64,000 nucleotides of DNA from a bacterium. Its GTDB lineage: Bacteria > Patescibacteriota > Minisyncoccia > Minisyncoccales > JAGGXC01. Positions 9,328 to 17,508 of the stretch are shown here, one piece after another. The DNA lies in contig JAGGWD010000015.1 of NCBI GenBank assembly GCA_021157625.1, positions 13,800 to 77,799 on the forward strand, in the 5' to 3' direction. Below the pieces are notes generated by a model. The model saw only the letters and a program-made list of their open reading frames with translations, did not search any database and had not been told where the DNA came from. How positions within the stretch are numbered: position 1 is the stretch's first letter; each line of letters opens with the position of its first letter. The translations under genes were made by a program, and so were the position numbers.

Positions 9328-10608
9328 TTATTTTTTATCATTTCCTTTTTCTTCCTTTTGGTTTTTGTTTTCTTCATTTCCTTTTTCTTCCTTTTGGTTT
9401 TTGTTTTCTTCTGTGTCTTTTGCTTCTTCTTTTGCTTCTTCTTTTGCTTCTTCTTCGTTTCCTTGAGCTGTCTCAATGCTATCACCTTCTTGAGCTTGAA
9501 CATCTATTCTCCAACCGGTCAATTTTGCCGCTAATCGTACATTCTGACCATTCTTTCCAATGGCCAAGGATAATTGATCTTCAGGCACAATAACCTTGGC
9601 TTTATTCTTGGGTTCTATTTTCACCTCCAAGACTTTTGCAGGAGCTAGAGAATTAGCTATATATTTCTCTGGGTCTTCTGACCATTCAATAACATCTATC
9701 TTTTCTCCTCCTAGTTCATTAATCACTGCCATAACCCTTGTCCCTCGTTGACCAACTACAGAACCAATAGGATCAATCCCTTCAACAGTAGAAGTGACAG
9801 CAATCTTTGAACGAGAGCCCGGTTCCCTTGCTATAGATTTTATCACCACCTCTCCTGAGGCAATTTCTGGAACCTCCAATTCAAACAATTTTGAAATAAA
9901 TTTAGGATAAGCGCGGGAAAGAAAAACTAAAGGACCTTTCGGAGTTTTTTCTACTTTAAGAACGTAAGCCTTAAGCCTTTGAGAAACACGGTAAAACTCT
10001 CCCGGGGTCTGCTCAGCAGGAGGAAGAATGCCCAGAGTTCTTCCTAGATCTAGGTAAACATTTTTTCCTTCTATTCTCTGAACAATACCTGAAACTATCT
10101 CGCCTTCTTTCTTTTGAAATTCTTCAAAAATAGTCTCTCTTTCTGTCTCTTTAATTCTCTGCAAAATTACCTGTTTGGCAGTCTGAGCCGCAATTCTTCC
10201 ATAATCTTTTTCAGTCTTCAAAGGTATGTGGAGTTCTTCTCCTGCCTTTATTTTAGGATCTATTTTTCTGGCCTCTTCTATCATAATATGCCTTTCTGGA
10301 TTGAAACGCACTTTCTTTTTTTCCTTTAATTCCTCCTGCTTGGTCGAGTCTTTGGGCTTCTTTTTTAATTCTTCTATCTCTTTGTCGGTAAGCAACATAT
10401 CCTTATCAACTACTAATTTAACCTGCCAAAATTTAAGATCGCCGGTTTTGGGATTGAGTTTCGCCCGGATCTTTTGTCCCTTCTTTCCATAATCTTTTTT
10501 ATAAGCAGCGGCTATTGCTTGCTCGATAATCTCAATAACTTTCTCCTCAGGTATTCCTTTCTCTTCCGCAATTTGAGCAACAGCCGAACTGAATGTCTTC
10601 AAATCCAT
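9328..10608 (-). CDS. nusA: Transcription termination/antitermination factor NusA with acidic low-complexity C-terminal tail
   Basis: N-terminal domain, S1 and two KH motifs (GxxG); the C-terminus carries EEAK x3 and 12-aa x2 tandem repeats. Confidence 0.85.
   Translation of the reverse strand: MDLKTFSSAVAQIAEEKGIPEEKVIEIIEQAIAAAYKKDYGKKGQKIRAKLNPKTGDLKFWQVKLVVDKDMLLTDKEIEELKKKPKDSTKQEELKEKKKVRFNPERHIMIEEARKIDPKIKAGEELHIPLKTEKDYGRIAAQTAKQVILQRIKETERETIFEEFQKKEGEIVSGIVQRIEGKNVYLDLGRTLGILPPAEQTPGEFYRVSQRLKAYVLKVEKTPKGPLVFLSRAYPKFISKLFELEVPEIASGEVVIKSIAREPGSRSKIAVTSTVEGIDPIGSVVGQRGTRVMAVINELGGEKIDVIEWSEDPEKYIANSLAPAKVLEVKIEPKNKAKVIVPEDQLSLAIGKNGQNVRLAAKLTGWRIDVQAQEGDSIETAQGNEEEAKEEAKEEAKDTEENKNQKEEKGNEENKNQKEEKGNDKK
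9338..9409. repeat. 36-bp perfect tandem repeat x2 (inside the nusA 3' end), followed by a 12-bp x3 repeat
   Basis: tcatttcctttttcttccttttggtttttgttttct occurs twice back to back, then cttttgcttctt x3. Confidence 0.7.
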
Positions 10609-10696
10609 TTTATTCTTTAATATTTATTCCTTTATATTTTAAAAAAGGTCTCTTGAGACGACCTTTTAATTAAGTATAGGAAAAGGAGAAAAACTG

Positions 10697-11104
10697 TCAA
10701 GAGTCAGAGATAGCATTTCTTATATGATGGATTTTTGCCTTTCTCTCCTTGAGAAATATCTCCACAGTTATAACATCTATTTGCCACTTAGTTTCCTGAG
10801 GATAAGCCTTCTCCAGAAGATAACTTTCTGAGGTTTTAATAATCTTTCTTTGTTTAAGAAAATTCACCTTATCCTCAGGAAAGAAAACCTTTTCTTCAGA
10901 ATCCTCAGAATTTTTACAGACCACGGTCTTTACTTCAACAAACAAAAGCGTATCTTCTTTTTGAGCTATAATATCTATCTCTCCTTGAATTGGCCCTGAA
11001 ATAAAATTGGGAGAATAATTCCTCTCCAAAATTTTGTATCCTCTCTTTTTAAGATATACAGCAGCAATCTCTTCTCCCAGCTTTCCTACTTGAGAAGAAT
11101 TCAT
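10697..11104 (-). CDS. YraN/UPF0102 family endonuclease-like protein
   Basis: 135 aa matching the YraN pattern (GE.IA..YL...GY.IL.RN......GEIDII..., ...FVEVK). Confidence 0.65.
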   Translation of the reverse strand: MNSSQVGKLGEEIAAVYLKKRGYKILERNYSPNFISGPIQGEIDIIAQKEDTLLFVEVKTVVCKNSEDSEEKVFFPEDKVNFLKQRKIIKTSESYLLEKAYPQETKWQIDVITVEIFLKERKAKIHHIRNAISDS

Positions 11105-11259
11105 ATTACTGAGAATTGTACTTGATGTTATTCAACCATCTCGATATTAAAAATCCCAAAGCTCTCATTAAGCGATAGAGGTTTTCTCATTTTATTCGGC
11201 CGAATCTCTCTCTTTGGTAGAAATAACACAACTATTGAAATACCAATATGGAAGTTTTT

Positions 11260-11577
11260 CTAACCAATGAGTATCCAAGTTATAATAATGAAGAGATAAG
11301 AAAATACAGTAGAAGATCCCAGGAGAATTCCTAGAATAGCCAGTGATTCACCTTTTAACTCTCTTTTTTTGATATCGATTAAAGCTTTTATTCCAAGAAT
11401 AACCGCGATAAAGGGGACTATCAGAAGCGCCCCGATCATAATATCCATAAGAATCTCTTTTATAATTGGATTCATAGCCATGCCTACTATGGTATTATTT
11501 AGCCAAATAAAAAATACCAAGGTAGACAAAATACCCAAAAAGAAACTCCATATTGCAAAACCGCTAGTTTTAGACAT
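11260..11577 (-). CDS. Small hypothetical membrane protein (3 TM)
   Basis: 105 aa, hydrophobic. Confidence 0.35.
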   Translation of the reverse strand: MSKTSGFAIWSFFLGILSTLVFFIWLNNTIVGMAMNPIIKEILMDIMIGALLIVPFIAVILGIKALIDIKKRELKGESLAILGILLGSSTVFSYLFIIITWILIG

Positions 11578-11718
11578 GTTTCAAAATATTTTGAGATCTT
11601 TTGACCTTTAATCAAGAGTGTTAGAGAAAGTGTAAACAGACAGCTTTTATCAACTCCTGTATCAAACTAAAACTTGGTGAACCCATTATTCTTATCAGCT
11701 GTTCGAACTTGTCCTTTT

Positions 11719-11792
11719 TGGTGGACCTGATGGGAGTCGAACCCATGTCTTCCCGATGCGAACGGGATGCTCTACCGTTGAGCTACAGGCCC
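11719..11792 (-). tRNA. tRNA-Ala (anticodon CGC), CCA encoded
   Basis: Reverse complement reads gggcctg...caggtcc-a-cca. The G3:U70 pair is the alanine identity element; anticodon loop ttCGCat; T-arm atggg-ttcgact-cccat. Confidence 0.8.
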
Positions 11793-12244
11793 TTTTTTCT
11801 TTTGAAACAAAACCTTAGCATTTTAGAAAATCTTGTAGAAAGAAAAACTGCTCCTACTTCTAAAGCAGTAGTATGAACTTCGGCAAGGGTATTTAAAGGA
11901 TGACCTTCTTCTGAGAAGGAAAAATACCCTTTAGTAATAAAATTTATGAAAGAAAGAGAGACGGCAAAAATAATCCATGCATACAAGAACCATTCTCCTT
12001 TTCTCTCTTTTTCTTTCTCTCCCATCCATCTTAACATCTCTTTATGAAGAGAATAGATAAGAAGAACTCCTACATAAAAAATGTTCATCTGGCTTGGTGG
12101 GAAATTGCCTCTTGTAAAAAATTCTATTGCAATAGTTCCCATTAATAGAAATGTCGTTAGAGAACATATAAGAAAAAGTTTTGCGTTAACCGCTTTTTCT
12201 ATTTTCCTTATCTCATTCATCTTGCTAAGCTCTTTTTCTTTCAT
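11783..12244 (-). CDS. Hypothetical membrane protein; start moved to the internal Met because the longer ORF overlaps tRNA-Pro
   Basis: The ORF track gives 11783..12334, but residues 1-30 overlap the tRNA at 12251..12321. The Met at 12244 (MKEKELSK...) lies just downstream of the tRNA. Confidence 0.35.
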   Translation of the reverse strand: MKEKELSKMNEIRKIEKAVNAKLFLICSLTTFLLMGTIAIEFFTRGNFPPSQMNIFYVGVLLIYSLHKEMLRWMGEKEKERKGEWFLYAWIIFAVSLSFINFITKGYFSFSEEGHPLNTLAEVHTTALEVGAVFLSTRFSKMLRFCFKRKKGL

Positions 12245-12250
12245 ATTTTT

Positions 12251-12321
12251 TCGGGATACCCAGATTCGAACTGGGGCTACACCCTCCCGAAGGGTGCGTG
12301 CTACCACTACACCATATCCCG
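12251..12321 (-). tRNA. tRNA-Pro (anticodon CGG)
   Basis: Reverse complement reads cgggata...tatcccg-a. C1:G72 pair, anticodon stem caccc/gggtg, loop ttCGGga, T-arm cccag-ttcgaat-ctggg. Confidence 0.75.
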
Positions 12322-13785
12322 TCAAGCAACCCAATATTTTTCTTTTGTCATTTTATCTTTTTTGATAATGACTTCGTTTATTTTCTTTTTGGCTTCCAGC
12401 GATTCTTTTTTCAAAGTCTCTTGGTCCAACTTTCCTAATTCTTTTACTCTCTTCAAAAGGTATTCTTTTTCATTTCTTGAAGGATCATCCAAAACCTCTC
12501 CTAAAAGAATTTGAAGTATCTGTCCAATCATAGGGCCGGGAGGAATTTTAAGAGTCTGCATTATTTCATTTCCTCCTATCTTGAGCATTTTTACATCAAT
12601 AGGGTCTTGAGAAACCTTATCAACCACATAAAGGAAATGTCTTAATTTATAAGGTAGAGCTTTAGGACATCCAGAACCAATACGATCACACATTCTTACT
12701 TGAACAAGCTCTTTTATGTTCTCTTTCCCAACTCTACGCAACAACCTTCTTACAGAAGATTCTCCTACCTCACCTACATTATAATAAAACAAGTGATATC
12801 TTACTAACTTAACAATTTTTTCTATATCTTTTTTGGGAAATCTAAGACGTTCTAAAATCTCGCGAGTCATCCTGGCTCCTACTATTTCATGATTGTAAAA
12901 AGTTGCATCCGGCCCTTCTCCTTTCTTTACCCTAGGTTTTGCAATATCGTGCAATAAAGCAGCTAATCGCACATATTTGTTGAAATTCCTTTTAGCAGCA
13001 TAATCCAAAGATCGAAGAGAATGCTCATAAACATCATAAATGTGGTGTTTGTTTTGAGTAACTCCATATCCTTCTTCTAACTCAGGTATAATATACCTAA
13101 GAAGTCCTAGTTTTCTTAGCAATTCTACTCCTTGTGCCGCATTCTCTGACATAATGATTTTCATAAATTCATCTCTGATTCTCTCTTTAGAAATAACCTT
13201 AAGCCATGAGGCGTTTTTTTTAATCGCCAAAAATGTATCTTTTTCTATCTCAAAACCAAGAATAGTAGCAAAACGCGCTGCTCTCATCATTCGTAAAGCA
13301 TCTTCGGAAAACCTCTCTTGAGGATCTCCCACTGCTCGAATAATTTTTTCCTTCAAATCTTTTTGCCCAAAAAACGGATCTATTATCTCTAATGCTTTTT
13401 TCTTTTCTAATATTCGAGCAGCCATTGCATTAATAGTGAAATCGCGTCTGGCTAAATCCTCTCTAATTGTCTTTGCCCAATGTACCTTATCTGGATGACG
13501 CTTATCAGTGTACTTTTCATCAATTCTATAAGGTGTAATTTCAACTTCTTTTAGAGTAGGATCAGAGGATCCAGTTAAAACAGTGACTGTTCCAAACTTG
13601 TTGTCAATATAGCTTTTAGGAAAAACTTTCCTGATCTGCTCAGGTTTAGCATTGGTTGCTACATCCCAATCTTTTGGTTTGGTTCCTCTCAATAAATCTC
13701 GCACACATCCTCCTACAATAAAAGCTTCGAAACCTGCTTTTTCAAGCTTGTTTATGATAGAGTTGACTTCCTGAGGAATTTCCAT
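12322..13785 (-). CDS. cca: CCA-adding tRNA nucleotidyltransferase with C-terminal HD domain
   Basis: N-terminal pol-beta nucleotidyltransferase motif (GGCVRD...DWD) and an HD domain (LHDIAK); 487 aa. Confidence 0.8.
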   Translation of the reverse strand: MEIPQEVNSIINKLEKAGFEAFIVGGCVRDLLRGTKPKDWDVATNAKPEQIRKVFPKSYIDNKFGTVTVLTGSSDPTLKEVEITPYRIDEKYTDKRHPDKVHWAKTIREDLARRDFTINAMAARILEKKKALEIIDPFFGQKDLKEKIIRAVGDPQERFSEDALRMMRAARFATILGFEIEKDTFLAIKKNASWLKVISKERIRDEFMKIIMSENAAQGVELLRKLGLLRYIIPELEEGYGVTQNKHHIYDVYEHSLRSLDYAAKRNFNKYVRLAALLHDIAKPRVKKGEGPDATFYNHEIVGARMTREILERLRFPKKDIEKIVKLVRYHLFYYNVGEVGESSVRRLLRRVGKENIKELVQVRMCDRIGSGCPKALPYKLRHFLYVVDKVSQDPIDVKMLKIGGNEIMQTLKIPPGPMIGQILQILLGEVLDDPSRNEKEYLLKRVKELGKLDQETLKKESLEAKKKINEVIIKKDKMTKEKYWVA

Positions 13786-13844
13786 TATACCTTATCTTAG
13801 CCAAGAAGCTTGTTTTTTTCAACATTTTTGATAAAATACAGAAA

Positions 13845-13916
13845 GCCCTCGTAGTTGAATGGATACAACGACGGTCTTCGGAACCGTAGGTCCCCGTTCG
13901 AGTCGGGGCGAGGGCA
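13845..13916 (+). tRNA. tRNA-Arg (anticodon UCG)
   Basis: Acceptor gccctcg/cgagggc-a, anticodon stem acggt/accgt, loop ctTCGga, T-arm ccccg-ttcgagt-cgggg. Confidence 0.8.
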
Positions 13917-13927
13917 TTATATCAATT

Positions 13928-14458
13928 ATGAAAAAAATATTTCTTATATTCTTTATAATCTTCTTACTTTCTCCTTTGTTTGCCCTGGCAGAAGCGAAAA
14001 CTTATTCTATAACAGTAAAGCCGGCCGGAACTAGTCATACAGTAACCTATGAGGGTTTTGTTCCTTGCGGAAGATGTCTTGTTACCACTCCTCCTATATT
14101 GGGATTAAGCCCATGCGAAGGGACAGCAAATCAATATTTTATTCCTTGCCAGCCCTGTCACATTTTTATCATGATTGACTCGATAATTGATTTTATTCTC
14201 TTGACAATTGTCCCTCCTATTGCCACAATCATCTTTATAGCAGGTGGAGTTTCCTTCTATTTAGCAGGAGCAAATCCTGGACAGTTCCAGAAAGCAAAAT
14301 CTGTTTTGACAGCAGCAATTATTGGAGTTGTTATTATTTATACTTCGTGGATTATAGTAAACACCACACTCACTGCAGTAGGGGTGGCAGATTGGGTCGG
14401 TTTCGGTAAAGGATGGTTTGAGATAAAATGTCCTGTAGTATTAGAAGTATCCCCATGA
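13928..14458 (+). CDS. Secreted Cys-rich protein with a C-terminal pilin-like hydrophobic hairpin (VirB2/TrbC-like topology); paralog of the hairpin modules at 27.7-28.1 kb and 28.9-29.2 kb
   Basis: Start moved to the Met after tRNA-Arg. Signal peptide MKKIFLIFFIIFLLSPLFALA, then a VPCGRC...CQPCH motif. Two TM helices are separated by the charged loop GANPGQFQKAKS; this aligns residue-by-residue with the C-terminus of the 836-aa protein. Confidence 0.5.
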   Translation: MKKIFLIFFIIFLLSPLFALAEAKTYSITVKPAGTSHTVTYEGFVPCGRCLVTTPPILGLSPCEGTANQYFIPCQPCHIFIMIDSIIDFILLTIVPPIATIIFIAGGVSFYLAGANPGQFQKAKSVLTAAIIGVVIIYTSWIIVNTTLTAVGVADWVGFGKGWFEIKCPVVLEVSP

Positions 14459-14470
14459 TATAAAAATTCT

Positions 14471-14543
14471 GCGTCCATAGCTCAATTGGTAGAGCAGGGG
14501 CCTCTTAAGCCCAAGGTTGCAGGTTCGACTCCTGCTGGACGCA
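14471..14543 (+). tRNA. tRNA-Lys (anticodon CUU)
   Basis: Acceptor gcgtcca/tggacgc-a, D-arm gctcaattggtagagc, anticodon loop ctCTTaa, T-arm tgcag-gttcgac-tcctgc (one mismatch). Confidence 0.75.
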
Positions 14544-14570
14544 CAGAAAAACAGATCTTTTCTGTTTTTT
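14544..14570 (+). terminator. Intrinsic terminator after tRNA-Lys
   Basis: cagaaaa-acagatc-ttttctg followed by tttttt. Confidence 0.5.
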
Positions 14571-14597
14571 AATTTTAATGTAAAATAATAAAACAAT

Positions 14598-14864
14598 ATG
14601 CTTACTCCAGAGAAAAAAGAAGAAATAATTAAAAAATATAAAATTCATGACACCGATACTGGATCTCCTGAGGTCCAGATTGCTTTGCTTTCTGAGGAAA
14701 TCAAACAACTTTTGGAACATCTAAAGAAACATCCAAAAGATCTTCATTCCAAAAGAGGGCTACTTCGTATGGTTTCAAAAAGAAAAGCTCTTCTGGATTA
14801 TCTAAAACAAAAAGATCAAAAAAGATATAAGACCCTAATTAAAAAAATCGGACTCAAAAAATAG
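14598..14864 (+). CDS. rpsO: 30S ribosomal protein S15
   Basis: 88 aa; conserved S15 sequence ([15 protein letters not shown]...[16 protein letters not shown]). Confidence 0.9.
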   Translation: MLTPEKKEEIIKKYKIHDTDTGSPEVQIALLSEEIKQLLEHLKKHPKDLHSKRGLLRMVSKRKALLDYLKQKDQKRYKTLIKKIGLKK

Positions 14865-14868
14865 AGGT

Positions 14869-15387
14869 ATGATTTCTGTCACGAGACATAAAGAGCAAAG
14901 AATCGGCGTACTGATAGATGTTCAGAATCTTTATCATTCAGCAAAAAATCTCTACGGAGCAAAAGTTAATTTTGGAGAAGTTCTCAAAACAGCCGTTTCA
15001 GGACGAAAACTCATTAGGGCTTTTGCTTATGTAGTCCGAACTAAAACAGGAGAAGAAAGACCATTCTTTGAAGCTCTCACTAAACTAGGCATAGAGACAA
15101 GAGTAAGAGATCTTCAAGAATTTTACGGAGGAATGAAAAAGGCAGACTGGGACGTAGGTATAGTCATTGACGCTATAAGAACAGCTCCTAGCTTGGATGT
15201 AATAGTGCTTTGCTCAGGAGATGGTGATTTTATTCCTCTTGTAGAATATCTAAAAAATCAAGGCAAAAGAGTAGAAATTATTGCTTTTGGAAAGACTACC
15301 TCTTCCAAACTAAGAGAAATCAGCGATGAATTTATAGATTTAGACAAAAATCCTTCTAAATATCTTCTAAAGAAAAAATCAAAATAA
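14869..15387 (+). CDS. NYN/LabA-like (PIN-like) domain protein, predicted RNase
   Basis: 172 aa; RIGVLIDVQNLYHSAK and acidic residues (DGDF) are typical of the NYN/LabA fold. It is inserted between rpsO and pnp. Confidence 0.65.
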   Translation: MISVTRHKEQRIGVLIDVQNLYHSAKNLYGAKVNFGEVLKTAVSGRKLIRAFAYVVRTKTGEERPFFEALTKLGIETRVRDLQEFYGGMKKADWDVGIVIDAIRTAPSLDVIVLCSGDGDFIPLVEYLKNQGKRVEIIAFGKTTSSKLREISDEFIDLDKNPSKYLLKKKSK

Positions 15388-17508
15388 ATGGAGACAAAAG
15401 AATTTAGGCTAAAGGTAGGAAATAAAGATCTAATAGTAGAAGTTAAAAACTTAGCTGAAAGAGCAAATGGAGAAATTCTGGTTCGTTACGGAGACACTCT
15501 TGTCTTAGCTACCTGTGTAATGAGCCAGGAAGAATCAAAAGAAACTGGCTTTTTTCCTCTAAGCGTGAATTACGAAGAGAGATATTATGCTGCTGGAAAA
15601 ATCAGAGGACCAAAATATATCAAACGCGAAGGAAAACCATCTGATGAAGCAGTTATAAACTCAAGATTAATCGACAGAGCCATTCGGCCTCAATTCCCTA
15701 AAGATCTTCACAGAGAAGTACAAGTAATTGTTACATGTCTTTCTTGGGATAGCGAAAACGATGCAGATGTCTTAGGAGTTAATGCAGCATCAATTGCTCT
15801 TTCTCTATCAGATATTCCTTGGAAAGGACCAGTAGCAAGCGTCAGAATAGGTAGAGTAAATGGAAATTTTGTAGTAAATCCTACCTATAGTCAAAGAGAC
15901 GAATCAGATCTGGATCTTGTATGCTCAGGGATAGAAGAAAACGGTGAAATTCTAATAAACATGATCGAATGTGGGGCTGAAGAGGTTGAAGAAGAAACAA
16001 TTCTCGAAGCTTTTTCATTTAGTAAGAAATATCTAAAGGAAATAATTGATTTTCAAAAAAGAATAAAAAACCTTTTAGGAAAAGAGAAAGTCGTAATTGA
16101 GCCCTTCAAGGATACAGGAATAGAAAAAGAAGTAAGAAAATGGCTACAGGATAAATTAGAAAAGGCTATTTTTTCAGAAGAGAGTAATCATCCAAAAACC
16201 TTGGATGATCTTAGAAGAGATTTCTTACATTTCTTTGAGACAAAATATACCGACATTCAAGAACTCAGATTTGTCTTAGAGAGCTTTGAAAAGGAAATAA
16301 GAAACTTAGTCCACAGAAAGATTATCGAAGAAGAAAAAAGACCAGATGGAAGAAAGCTAGACCAAATAAGACCCATGGAAGCAGCGGTAGCGCTTGTTCC
16401 TCGAAGCCACGGCTCTGGATTTTTCTCTCGTGGGAAAACAAAGGCTCTCTCAATTCTGACCCTAGGAGCACCAGGTGATCAACAGATTATAGAAGGAATG
16501 GAAATTGTAGGAAAGAAAAGATTTATGCATCATTATAATTTTCCTCCTTATTGTGCAGGCGAGATAAAACCATTAAGAGGACCAGGGAGAAGAGAAATAG
16601 GACACGGAATGCTTGTAGAAAAAGCTCTCTCACCCCTAATCCCTTCCTCTGAGGAGTTTCCTTATACCATAAGAATAGTCTCAGAAATACTTTCCTCAAA
16701 TGGATCAACATCTATGGCCTCGGTTTGCTCATCCTCTCTAGCTTTAATGGATGGCGGAGTGCCTATTTCAAGACCTGCTGCAGGAATTGCTATAGGATTG
16801 ATGATGGAAAATCAACAAAAATATAAAATTCTCACAGATATCCAAGGCGTAGAAGATCATCATGGAGACATGGATTTTAAAGTAGCAGGTACAGAAAAAG
16901 GAATAACTGCAATACAGATGGATGTAAAAATTCCAGGAATCGGGGACCAAATTTTAAGAGAATCATTGATGAGAGCAAAGAAAGCAAGATTAGAAATTCT
17001 AGAGAAAATGAAACAGGTTCTTTCTTGTCCTCGACTCCATCTCTCTCCCTGGGCGCCGCGGATTTACACTCTTAAGATTAACCCAGAAAAAATTGGAGAA
17101 CTTATCGGCACAGGCGGAAAGACTATTAGAAAAATAACTGAAGATTTTGAAGTAGTAATTGATATTGAAGAAGACGGAAAAATATTTGTCACTGCACAAA
17201 AAGAAGAAAACGCCAAGAAAGCTATTGCATTAATAAAGAATATTACCCGAGAGGTAAAAGTGGGAGAAATATTTCAAGGCAAAGTCACAAAAATCTTTGA
17301 CTTCGGTACTATGGTTGAATTTCTGCCAGGCAGAGAAGGGCTCATACATTCTTCTCGTTTAAGAAGAAGATTAAAACCTGGCGAAACAGTTATGGTAAGG
17401 GTAGCTGAAATAGATCCTCAAGGAAGAATTAATCTTTCTCTCTTCAGACAAAAAAAGATAACCCCAACAAGAAGTAAATATGGCCCAAAAAGAAGACAAA
17501 GGAGATAG
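15388..17508 (+). CDS. pnp: Polyribonucleotide nucleotidyltransferase (PNPase)
   Basis: 706 aa with two RNase PH domains, KH (GxxG) and a C-terminal S1 domain. Confidence 0.9.
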   Translation: METKEFRLKVGNKDLIVEVKNLAERANGEILVRYGDTLVLATCVMSQEESKETGFFPLSVNYEERYYAAGKIRGPKYIKREGKPSDEAVINSRLIDRAIRPQFPKDLHREVQVIVTCLSWDSENDADVLGVNAASIALSLSDIPWKGPVASVRIGRVNGNFVVNPTYSQRDESDLDLVCSGIEENGEILINMIECGAEEVEEETILEAFSFSKKYLKEIIDFQKRIKNLLGKEKVVIEPFKDTGIEKEVRKWLQDKLEKAIFSEESNHPKTLDDLRRDFLHFFETKYTDIQELRFVLESFEKEIRNLVHRKIIEEEKRPDGRKLDQIRPMEAAVALVPRSHGSGFFSRGKTKALSILTLGAPGDQQIIEGMEIVGKKRFMHHYNFPPYCAGEIKPLRGPGRREIGHGMLVEKALSPLIPSSEEFPYTIRIVSEILSSNGSTSMASVCSSSLALMDGGVPISRPAAGIAIGLMMENQQKYKILTDIQGVEDHHGDMDFKVAGTEKGITAIQMDVKIPGIGDQILRESLMRAKKARLEILEKMKQVLSCPRLHLSPWAPRIYTLKINPEKIGELIGTGGKTIRKITEDFEVVIDIEEDGKIFVTAQKEENAKKAIALIKNITREVKVGEIFQGKVTKIFDFGTMVEFLPGREGLIHSSRLRRRLKPGETVMVRVAEIDPQGRINLSLFRQKKITPTRSKYGPKRRQRR

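Noticed and set aside
9306-9503. 65-aa Lys-rich ORF (KKKQKKKQ...)
   Set aside because: It is an alternate frame of the nusA 3' tandem repeats.
14505-14720. 71-aa minus-strand ORF
   Set aside because: It overlaps tRNA-Lys and the terminator, and is antisense to the rpsO start region.
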